64,000 nucleotides of DNA from Desulfatiglandales bacterium (lineage in GTDB: Bacteria > Desulfobacterota > DSM-4660 > Desulfatiglandales > Desulfatiglandaceae), in contig OY762721.1 in NCBI GenBank assembly GCA_963666345.1, positions 2,016,001-2,080,000 of the forward strand, given 5' to 3'. A program made the position numbers and the translations under genes. Position 1 is the stretch's first letter. Each line of letters begins with the position of its first letter. The notes below the pieces were generated by a model. The model was given only the letters and a program-made list of their open reading frames with translations, did not search any database and was not told the origin of the DNA. Below, one piece after another: positions 10,867 through 19,134 of the stretch.

Positions 10867-11957
10867 AGGGGGACGCCCATGATTTTATGCTTTTCTCATT
10901 CCATAAGGGTTAAACGTTCGTCATTCGCAAGACCGGCACCTCGCTCTAGCGCACGACTTACCGCAGGCTGAACAAGGCCCAGCCTTCTCCCTACCTCTGT
11001 ACCGGACATTCCCAATTCCCTGACCGCCCAGTAGCATACAAGACTTCTTGCTCTAACCCTCTCCGGCTTTTTACTCGGCCTCAGAATTTCTTCGATATCT
11101 ATTTCCAATAATTCCGATACCCGCTCAATAACTTTATCAAAATCGTACCCCCGGCTTTTTAGCTCATACCGCCTCTCAAATTTTTCATCCTGCTCCCTCA
11201 GCACCGATTCCACAAACCCACTGTCACCAAGCATCCGCTCATCGCTCTTGAAGAGCACTCCCTGCCGACGCAGATCTTTCAACTCCTCCCAACCCCCTGA
11301 ACTTCTAATCAAACCTCCGCCTATTAAATCATTTCTCTTTCCCAGGGCAACGCCGGCCTCCACAAATCTTCTGTATTCCCTTCGAGCAAGAAATTCACGA
11401 TCACCAAACAACCGCAAGACATATTTGGTATCCTGCCACTCATTCTTATATTTTCCCAATATAAAACCGTGCCCGCAAAAACCGTATCGGTCCAGCTCAA
11501 TCATAGACGATACAATCTGTGCCCGCAGGGGATTCAGATGGATGTAACGGACAAGCTCCAAAAGATAGGAATCTTCCTGGCAAAGAATTGATTTATAACG
11601 ATTCTGAAACAGGTGCCCATGTCTTTTATATTTTTTATTAAAGGTTACAGCATATCCCGTAAGCAGTCTTCTCATTATTCCTGCAATAGGCAGATTGCCT
11701 GTTCTCAAAAGCAGATGAAAATGATTCGGCATTAACGCCCATGCAAAACAGGACGTCGCCGTAGCAGTCAGAATAGATCCCAGCCGGTCAATGAACCCTT
11801 TTCGGTCTGCCTGATCACGGAAGATCCTTCGATTTTCAATTCCTCGACATATGACATGGTGAAGAGCACCGGATGCATCTATACGGGCTTGACGGGGCAT
11901 GATTTTCCTCCTCAAAAAAAATTTTTAAGAAAAGCATAAAATCATGGGCGTCCCCCT
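10867..11957 (-). mobile_element. HUH/Y1 (RAYT-like) transposase element bounded by perfect 29-bp inverted repeats
   Basis: AGGGGGACGCCCATGATTTTATGCTTTTC at 10867-10895 and its exact reverse complement at 11929-11957. Confidence 0.85.
10896..11900 (-). CDS. REP-associated-type tyrosine transposase with C-terminal HTH
   Basis: MPRQAR...HHVICRG, LMPNHFHLL (HUH), GHLFQNRYKS, RYIHLNP; C-terminal DnaA-C-like HTH; ATG at 11900. Confidence 0.92.
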   Translation of the reverse strand: MPRQARIDASGALHHVICRGIENRRIFRDQADRKGFIDRLGSILTATATSCFAWALMPNHFHLLLRTGNLPIAGIMRRLLTGYAVTFNKKYKRHGHLFQNRYKSILCQEDSYLLELVRYIHLNPLRAQIVSSMIELDRYGFCGHGFILGKYKNEWQDTKYVLRLFGDREFLARREYRRFVEAGVALGKRNDLIGGGLIRSSGGWEELKDLRRQGVLFKSDERMLGDSGFVESVLREQDEKFERRYELKSRGYDFDKVIERVSELLEIDIEEILRPSKKPERVRARSLVCYWAVRELGMSGTEVGRRLGLVQPAVSRALERGAGLANDERLTLME

Positions 11958-11997
11958 TTTTGGTTAAAAAAAGGGTTTTCAGTTTTTATCGGTGGTA

Positions 11998-12741
11998 TCA
12001 GTAGTTGGAGATGGTGATGGAGCCCTTTTTGTCCTTTTTTACCTTGAGGGTCTTCTTCCTGTACCTGAAAAGCTTGGTGCTTTTTCTCGACTCCGGGCTG
12101 AGGTCAACAACATATTTTCCGGGGACCGCAAAATTGAGGTTCTGTCCGTCCACTATCTGAAAGGTAGCCACCCCTATTACCTCACCCCGCATGTTTATGA
12201 CCGGGCTTCCGCTCGAGCCCTTTGAGATGGGTGCCGAGATCTGGAAAATGTCCTCTTTTTTATGAATCGTGCGAAGGGCGGATACTATGCCCTCCGTCAC
12301 AGTCTTTTCAAGGCCCATCGGGCTTCCCAGAACCATGATTTTCTCGGCTGCAAGCGGCAATTCATCGCTTATCTCCACCCACCTGACGGCCCCTTCAGGT
12401 ATGTCAACCTTCACCTTTATGAGATCGACGGCACGGTTTTCAGCCAGGGCCGATGAGATGGGGTATGTTTTCCCATCGCTCGTCCTCACCTCCGCCTTGT
12501 AGACATTCTTGAACACGTGATAATTGGTTATGAGATGGCCCTTGCGGTTAACGAAAAATCCGGTCGCGGACCCCGCGATCTTGTCCTCGGAATTGTAATT
12601 GATGATGGTGACAACCGCGGGCTGTATCCTTTGCACAAGCTCGGGCAGACTCACCTCGGCATGGGCCGGGGCAAAAGCAGCAAGAAGCAGAAGAGCGTTA
12701 AGGAGGACAAAAGATATTCTTTTTGAAAAAGACCGTTCCAT
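11998..12741 (-). CDS. Exported trypsin-like (S1C) serine protease without PDZ
   Basis: Signal peptide; TNYHV, DL, GSSGSP catalytic triad motifs. Confidence 0.9.
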   Translation of the reverse strand: MERSFSKRISFVLLNALLLLAAFAPAHAEVSLPELVQRIQPAVVTIINYNSEDKIAGSATGFFVNRKGHLITNYHVFKNVYKAEVRTSDGKTYPISSALAENRAVDLIKVKVDIPEGAVRWVEISDELPLAAEKIMVLGSPMGLEKTVTEGIVSALRTIHKKEDIFQISAPISKGSSGSPVINMRGEVIGVATFQIVDGQNLNFAVPGKYVVDLSPESRKSTKLFRYRKKTLKVKKDKKGSITISNY

Positions 12742-12900
12742 ACCACAATTTCCCTATTGTTTGAAAAAGATGTTAAAATCTGAGACTCCCCTTCCCATTT
12801 GCTGAGAACCCGGCAGGCTCATGCCGCCTTCCCGGAAGATTACCCATTATCCGCTTATCTCATGAATCCCCATCTTTTTCAATGACAATAGACAGGGTTC

Positions 12901-12945
12901 TTTGCTTCGCTCAGTCCCACTGCTTCGGAGCGGGTTCCCGGTTTC
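12901..12945 (+). repeat. Family A mini-element (short variant) abutting the IS110 left end
   Basis: TTTGCTTCGCTCAGTCCCACTGCTTCGGAGCGGGTTCCCGGTTTC. Confidence 0.88.
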
Positions 12946-13043
12946 AAGATAAAATGAGAAGGCCGATCTCCCACGAGCTGTGATATGATCACGCTCAAAC
13001 CTTTAACGCAGTCAAATTGCTGCAATAAGAAAGGAGACCGGCC

Positions 13044-14096
13044 ATGAGCAAACATATCACAATTGGGATGGATTTGGGAGACCGAAATCACATTGTTGTT
13101 GTATTGGACCCTGATGGTCAGGAACTCGGGTGCTTTGAATTGATCAATAAGAAAGTGTCATTGAAACGGTTTTTTGAGCGGTACTTTGGAGCGACGGTGG
13201 CTATTGAGGCAGGCACACACTCACCTTGGATCAGTCGTTTACTGGAGCAGATGGGTTTTCAGGTATACGTGGGTAATCCACGAAAGTTACGAATGATATG
13301 GGACAGTACCGACAAAAGCGATGAAAGAGACGCCAGGATGTTGGCGATGGTATGCCGTTTGGAGCCGAAGCTTCTGTGGCCGATACGGCATCGTGGTATG
13401 AAATCTCATAGCGATCTGGAGATAAGTAAGGCACGCAATATGCTGGTTCAGACTCGCACGAAGCTGATCAATCATGTACGCTCAGTGGTCAAAGGGGTTG
13501 GAGAGAGGTTACCAAGCTGCAGCGCAGCCAGTTTTTGCAGAAGGGTAGTTGATTTTCTGCCCGAAGAACTGCTTTGTGCGTTGATGCCGTTGATTGATAC
13601 CATCAGTGATGTTACGGGCAGGATCCGGGAGATAGACAAGCGGATCGATGAGTTGTCTTTGGAACAATATCCGGAGGCTCAGACACTGCAACAGATTAAT
13701 GGAGTCGGTCCGGTGACGGCTCTAGCCTATGTGTTAACGCTGGAAGACCCTGGTCGTTTTAAAAAAAGCCGTATGGTAGGAGCGTATCTGGGTCTGACGC
13801 CGCGTCGGGACCAGTCGGGGAATACGGACAAGCAGCTTAGAATCACCAAGGCGGGCAATGCGTATTTGCGCAAGTTGTTGGTAGGCTGTGCCCATTACAT
13901 CATCGGGCCGTTTGGCCCTGACAGCAATCTGAGGCGTCACGGAATGATTATTGCGGCCCGTGGAGGCAAAAACGCCCGCAAACGGGCAGCGGTGGCTGTG
14001 GCGCGCAAACTAGCTGTATTAATGCATCGGCTGTGGGTCAGTGGGCAGGCTTATGAACCGCTGTATGTTACAAGGGAAATCAAAAAGGCGGCATAG
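13044..14096 (+). CDS. IS110 family transposase/recombinase
   Basis: RuvC-like DEDD (GMDLG, IEAG, KSDERDA), GVGPVTA, GLTPRRDQSG, AVARKLA. Confidence 0.96.
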   Translation: MSKHITIGMDLGDRNHIVVVLDPDGQELGCFELINKKVSLKRFFERYFGATVAIEAGTHSPWISRLLEQMGFQVYVGNPRKLRMIWDSTDKSDERDARMLAMVCRLEPKLLWPIRHRGMKSHSDLEISKARNMLVQTRTKLINHVRSVVKGVGERLPSCSAASFCRRVVDFLPEELLCALMPLIDTISDVTGRIREIDKRIDELSLEQYPEAQTLQQINGVGPVTALAYVLTLEDPGRFKKSRMVGAYLGLTPRRDQSGNTDKQLRITKAGNAYLRKLLVGCAHYIIGPFGPDSNLRRHGMIIAARGGKNARKRAAVAVARKLAVLMHRLWVSGQAYEPLYVTREIKKAA

Positions 14097-14164
14097 AAAC
14101 AAGGCAGTATATTGTCATAAGGCAGTCAGGGTTATGTTGACAATTTCTTTAAAGAGTCTTTGAC

Positions 14165-14330
14165 GTCTGGTCCGGGTGACTGCGGCCGAACCCTTGCACC
14201 GGCCAATGTACCGTTGGCCAAAAAAGAGTGCGAGTTCAAGATAGCAGCACCCACCGACTGATTTTACCATGCACCGGGCCAAAGGTAAGGCCCTAAAAAA
14301 GAGTGCGAATGGAAGTGTGACGGTCAGGGC
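14165..14330 (+). ncRNA. Putative bridge/seek RNA of the IS1111-type element
   Basis: Two tandem stem-loops with a shared scaffold (TGCACC..GGCC..GGCC..AAAAAAGAGTGCGA); loops carry target- and donor-matching segments; boundaries approximate. Confidence 0.8.
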
Positions 14331-14829
14331 TCGAAAGGAAAAAGGATGTCCGTGAAGCGGACCTCTTGACTTGCCTTCTCATGGAAGGGTCCAAGGGGTC
14401 CAGGGGCCAGCTGAACCGCTGTCGAAGAAAAAGCATGTCCTGTCTCTATGCCCTCTGTGGTCTCTGTGAGAAACAAAAGGCATTTGGACTTCAGGCCCCA
14501 CTGATACTGAAACCGCTGATAGCCCTTTGCGAAGCAAAAAATCTTTTTATCCTTAGTTATCAAGCGAAGCGGGCGGCAAATAAAACAGGGGCACTGTTAT
14601 TTGTTATTCGTTATTGGCGGGCAAGAAAAGCGAGACCGTGCCCCTCTATGTCCTGCCTTGTCCCTCCATATCGTTCCGATATTCATAGGTATTGCTACTG
14701 AAAGCCCATAGGTTATTTTCTATAAGAAACTTTGATGATTATTTTGAATAGTTTCTTTTATAAAAGAAACTATTGACATTTTTGCTGATTATGATAAGTT
14801 TTTGCCATAACCAAAAGAGAAGCAAAAAG

Positions 14830-16041
14830 ATGGAAACTTTACTTCATAAAAGAAACTTATATATAGACAAGGTCCGCCCCTTTATTGACAAGCCGGTGAT
14901 CAAAGTGATCACAGGCATGCGCAGGACGGGAAAAAGCTGTTTACTCAAGCTGATCATCGAAGAGATGCAAATTTCTGAAAACAGCAAGCTGTACATAAAC
15001 AAAGAGTCGCTGGATTATGATTTCATTCAGGACTACGGTGAGCTTCACCGTCATGTAAAAAAATACTTTTCAGCCGTTGAGGGGAAAAAATATCTCTTTG
15101 TCGATGAAATACAGGAAATAGAGGGATGGGAAAAGGCCGTAACTTCTCTTTTCAATGCTGGAGACTACGATATTTACATCACCGGATCCAACGCGCATCT
15201 CCTTTCGTCCGAGATCGCGACACTGATCGCGGGCCGGTATATTGAAATACCTGTCTATTCTCTGAGTTTTGAAGAATTTTTAATGTTCCGGCAAAAAAAG
15301 CAGGAAAAAGGACATGAAGAATTCTTAACATACCTTTGGGCAGGCGGCTTTCCTGCAATTCATCATTTCGATTTTAACCGGGAGGTCGTATATCAGTATA
15401 TCAATTCAATCTACGATACCATCCTCTTAAAGGACGTGATAAGAAGAAACAACGTCAGGAATGTCACCCTTCTTGAAAACATCACCCGGTACCTGTTTCA
15501 GAATATAGGTAATATTTTTACCGCCAAGAAGGTGTCGGATTATCTTAAATCCCAGAAACTGAAAATCGGCGTCGATACGGTGCAGAAGTATATTTCATAC
15601 CTTATGTCGACTTTTGCCGTATATAAGGTTCCCCGGTTTGACATAAAAGGTAAACGCCTGCTGGAACTGCATGAAAAATATTACCTTGGAGACATAGCCC
15701 TTCGAAATGCGCTTTTCGGATATCGTGAGGGAGATATCTCAGGTCTGCTCGAAAATATTGTCTTCCTTGAACTCAAGCGAAGAGGCTACGATGTCCATAT
15801 AGGAAAATTGGGAGAACGGGAGATTGACTTTATCGCGGAAAAAGAGCACCGGAAAATTTATGTTCAGGTGGCCTATCTTCTGTCATCACAGGAAACCATT
15901 GAAAGGGAGTTTTCCGCTTTGAGATCTGTCAGGGACAATTATCAGAAATATGTTATCAGCATGGACTCCGTATTCGGAAAAGACATTGAAGGCATCCACC
16001 GGATTAATCTGGTTGATTTCCTGTTAAACCCCGACATATAG
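14830..16041 (+). CDS. AAA_14 ATPase with DUF4143 domain
   Basis: GMRRTGKS, FVDEIQ, ITGSNA, GGFP, C-terminal EIDFIA...YVQV; ATG at 14830 preferred. Confidence 0.9.
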   Translation: METLLHKRNLYIDKVRPFIDKPVIKVITGMRRTGKSCLLKLIIEEMQISENSKLYINKESLDYDFIQDYGELHRHVKKYFSAVEGKKYLFVDEIQEIEGWEKAVTSLFNAGDYDIYITGSNAHLLSSEIATLIAGRYIEIPVYSLSFEEFLMFRQKKQEKGHEEFLTYLWAGGFPAIHHFDFNREVVYQYINSIYDTILLKDVIRRNNVRNVTLLENITRYLFQNIGNIFTAKKVSDYLKSQKLKIGVDTVQKYISYLMSTFAVYKVPRFDIKGKRLLELHEKYYLGDIALRNALFGYREGDISGLLENIVFLELKRRGYDVHIGKLGEREIDFIAEKEHRKIYVQVAYLLSSQETIEREFSALRSVRDNYQKYVISMDSVFGKDIEGIHRINLVDFLLNPDI

Positions 16042-16107
16042 GCGCTGTTTCATTGAAAAAACATCCGCCATCCCTGGCCGTCCACGTTTATCCTGCTGCA
16101 GTTGGCA

Positions 16108-16136
16108 GAAAAGCATAAAATCATGGGCGTCCCCCT
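16108..16136 (+). repeat. Solo copy of the 29-bp Y1-transposase end repeat
   Basis: Identical to 11929-11957. Confidence 0.92.
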
Positions 16137-16283
16137 TTTTACGGCACCGGAAGAGCAGAAAATATTTTCATCCTGTTTTGTCAAGCGAAGCGGGCAGGCT
16201 GTTCCGGAATAATCAAAACATCTGTATATCTCATTTCACATGTGTAAAAATAAGACTTTACAGAGACCAGGCGCGGGGATCAG

Positions 16284-17174
16284 ATGCGGGAATCAGCCTT
16301 TAAGAACAGATTAATGCTTCTCATCAAGGTAAGCAGGCCTATGTGGTGGGTCGTGCTTCCCGTCTCATACACGGTCGGCCTGGCCTTCGGCAGGCACGGC
16401 CTTAAAAGCGCCGATTTTCATTTCTCTTTTTTCATGGCGCTTCAACTCTTTTTTCTCTCCTTTCCTTTGTGCCTTTTTACATTCGGCCTTAACGACATCT
16501 ACGACTATCGCGCGGACATGAAGAACCCGAGGAAAATGGGAAAATCGCTTAAAAGCGCGCTCAATTTCGACGGCACGGTCTCGGATGAAAAGGATCAGGA
16601 TTTTCTAAAAAAAGCCGCCTGGTTTTGCGGAACCCTCTTCTTCCTGATCTCGCTCTCAGGCATGAACATCTTCAATATCTTTTACGCGTTTTCACTTCTG
16701 CTGTTGAGTTTTACCTATTCGATGCCCCCCTGGCGCCTTAAGACAAGACCCCCGCTTGATTCCATCCTAGGCGGCATTATAACTGTTATTGCGCCTTTCG
16801 GCATGGCCTTCAGCCTTGTTGACGACCCCTTCAGGATACCCCTTCAGATATATCTTTTTTCCATATGCGGCATGGGGGTCCACGCCTTTTCCACCACCAT
16901 GGATCATGAAGCGGATAAAAAGCTGGGGGAAAGGACCTTTGCCGTGGTATTCGGAATGAGATGGGCGGCATTTTTCCCTGCCGCGGCTTTTCTGATGACC
17001 TTTTTTTCCTTACACGGACTCCGCTACAAGATATATTTTGCACTCTGCATCTGTATCTTTACCTGGTTTATCTTCCGCCCTTCGGAAAAACAGGCAAGAA
17101 ATGCCCTCTTGATGATGCTGGCGGGAGCCGTTGTTGTCTCCATATACGGAGTTTATGAAATGTTCGCGATGTAG
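16284..17174 (+). CDS. UbiA-superfamily prenyltransferase (LyeJ/CrtEb-like motifs)
   Basis: SRP.WW, GLNDIYDYRAD..NPRK, YSMPPWRLK, DHEAD. Confidence 0.85.
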   Translation: MRESAFKNRLMLLIKVSRPMWWVVLPVSYTVGLAFGRHGLKSADFHFSFFMALQLFFLSFPLCLFTFGLNDIYDYRADMKNPRKMGKSLKSALNFDGTVSDEKDQDFLKKAAWFCGTLFFLISLSGMNIFNIFYAFSLLLLSFTYSMPPWRLKTRPPLDSILGGIITVIAPFGMAFSLVDDPFRIPLQIYLFSICGMGVHAFSTTMDHEADKKLGERTFAVVFGMRWAAFFPAAAFLMTFFSLHGLRYKIYFALCICIFTWFIFRPSEKQARNALLMMLAGAVVVSIYGVYEMFAM

Positions 17175-17424
17175 GGGGGTAAAAGGACAGGGTCCGGGAA
17201 GCCCAGGGGTCAAGGGTTCCAGGATGGCGATAGGACAAAGGTTCCTATCTCGCCTTTCCCGCTTTTCCCGCCTCGGCGTAAGGCCTTTAAAAGAGGTTGT
17301 CAACAGCCTTGAAATGCCTGATAATGCCGGAATCGCAGGAAAAAAATCGCCCTGGAGCTGATCATGGAGCATCTATGTAAGATTTTCAATGCAAGATTTT
17401 TCTCTTTAAAGGACGGTGTTCTAA

Positions 17425-17452
17425 AAAAGCATAAAATCATGGTCGTCCCCCT
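17425..17452 (+). repeat. Solo copy of the 29-bp repeat (1 mismatch over 28 nt)
   Basis: AAAAGCATAAAATCATGGTCGTCCCCCT. Confidence 0.88.
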
Positions 17453-17482
17453 CGGGTGGGCATGGAGGTTTCTTAAAGGGAT

Positions 17483-18343
17483 ATGCTGCCAAGGATTAAT
17501 ATCGGAGTAATGAGCACGTACAACCTATGTTACCTGCTCGGGATTCTCATCGGCTGGGTGATGTTCGTTGCCGCCGAAGAGGATATATATAATTGTGAGA
17601 GCCGACATATTAATATGAAAACCGTTTTTCTCGCCTCAATCGCCTATCTTGTGGTGGTGATCGTATGCATTCAGGGGGCAAACTACTTTCATTTTATTTT
17701 TGATCATATCCCGGCCGCCGCAAGAAAAAAACTCACATGGAAGGATATCATCTTCCCCGATCTTATGAGGACGGTTAAGGTGCTTTACGGAGCGATTTTT
17801 TTCTACCCGGTCGCGATCTTCATCGTCTCAAAGGTGCTCAAAAAGAAAGACTTTCTCGACTACCTGAGCAGAAAGGGGTTTATCCTCTTTTTCATACTGG
17901 GATTTGCCAGGCTTGGATGCTTCGCAAACGGATGCTGCTACGGGATCCGCTCCGACCTGTTCGGGATAAGATTTCCAATGGGCTCGGCCGTCTCTGGCGA
18001 GCATATGAGAAGAGGGCTTACCTACGGGTTCGTGCCGCCCCCTTCCCTTCCGGTAATACCCACCCAGATCATTTCGGCGGCCGTTATTTTCGCGCTCTCT
18101 TTTTTCTGCTGGAGATCCTACAGAAAAGAAAAAAACAGAACGCTTTTTTTCAATTATGTTCTCTATTACGCGATATTCAGGTTTCTCATAGAGTTCATAA
18201 GGGATGACATAGACAGGGCCTACTGGTTAGGGATATCGGCTTCACAGTGGATATCCATACTCATTATGATATGCTTTCTGGTATATTATGGGGTTAAAAA
18301 GAGAGGGTCCGAGGGGTCGAGGGGCCAAGTGAAAACACCTTGA
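17483..18343 (+). CDS. Lgt-family (prolipoprotein diacylglyceryl transferase-like) membrane protein
   Basis: RLGCFANGCCYG, PTQI, RFLIEFIR.D, SQWIS. Confidence 0.85.
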   Translation: MLPRINIGVMSTYNLCYLLGILIGWVMFVAAEEDIYNCESRHINMKTVFLASIAYLVVVIVCIQGANYFHFIFDHIPAAARKKLTWKDIIFPDLMRTVKVLYGAIFFYPVAIFIVSKVLKKKDFLDYLSRKGFILFFILGFARLGCFANGCCYGIRSDLFGIRFPMGSAVSGEHMRRGLTYGFVPPPSLPVIPTQIISAAVIFALSFFCWRSYRKEKNRTLFFNYVLYYAIFRFLIEFIRDDIDRAYWLGISASQWISILIMICFLVYYGVKKRGSEGSRGQVKTP

Positions 18344-18345
18344 AA

Positions 18346-18432
18346 TAAACTCCGGAGTTTATCATTCAACTTTTTGTGTGGCATGCAGAATAAGAGGATC
18401 CGGGGTTTTAAAGGTCAGGTGTTGAAAAAGGA
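18346..18432 (+). repeat. Family D ~87-bp repeat, copy 2
   Basis: Inverted match to 2598-2684. Confidence 0.9.
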
Positions 18433-18483
18433 CCAAACCTTAACCTTTGCGAAGCAAAAGGTTAAACGTCATTATAAAACAAG

Positions 18484-19134
18484 ATGATTCCTGACTTTCT
18501 CAAGATAAAAAAACACAGATGCATCCTGAATTACTATCTCATATGGCTTCCGTTTATCATGGTCTACCAGGTGACCAACCGGTTTCACTTCATTGAACCG
18601 AGGCTGCTTCCCATGTCACGGCTGGATGAGGCCATACCCTTTCTGCCATGGACCATTCCGGTCTATGTCAGCTATCTTGTCTATACATTTGTGGTGATTA
18701 CGAGAAGCAGGGATGATAATGAGGTAAGGGAGATCTTCGTTTTCACCCATATCCAGCTTGTGATAGCGGCCCTGTTTTTCATCTTTTTCCCGGTGACCTA
18801 TCCAAGGGAAGGGTTTTACTACCCGGGAAGCATGACATCCATGTTCAACGGTTTCTGGGTGATGTTCGACGAACCCAACAACTGTTTCCCGAGCCTGCAC
18901 ACCATGCTCTGCCTGACCGCCATAAGATACAGCATGGACAAGCCCGGCAAATGGTTATTCTGCGCGTGGGGGGCTCTCATTATCGCAACCACCCTGACAT
19001 GCAAACAACATTACGTAATTGATATCGCCGGGGCGTTCGCGGCCTACTGGCTGTCTTTAAAGATATTTTCTCTCTACTGCTCCCGGACCCCCGGGAAAAG
19101 CCCTGACTGTCCTCCTTCCCAGAGCAGCCAGTAA
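18484..19134 (+). CDS. PAP2-superfamily membrane phosphotransferase/phosphatase
   Basis: LD..IPF, NCFPSLH, KQHYVID. Confidence 0.85.
   Translation: MIPDFLKIKKHRCILNYYLIWLPFIMVYQVTNRFHFIEPRLLPMSRLDEAIPFLPWTIPVYVSYLVYTFVVITRSRDDNEVREIFVFTHIQLVIAALFFIFFPVTYPREGFYYPGSMTSMFNGFWVMFDEPNNCFPSLHTMLCLTAIRYSMDKPGKWLFCAWGALIIATTLTCKQHYVIDIAGAFAAYWLSLKIFSLYCSRTPGKSPDCPPSQSSQ

Larger units (their letters stand above)
12947..14385 (+). mobile_element. IS110-family (IS1111-type) insertion sequence
   Basis: Subterminal IRs ATGAGAAGGC (12954-63) / GCCTTCTCAT (14373-82), 7 and 3 nt from the ends; AG core on both sides; long 3' non-coding end. Confidence 0.9.

Noticed and set aside
10700..11957. IS605-type element with TnpB/omega RNA
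   Set aside because: No tnpB-like ORF adjacent; architecture is RAYT-like
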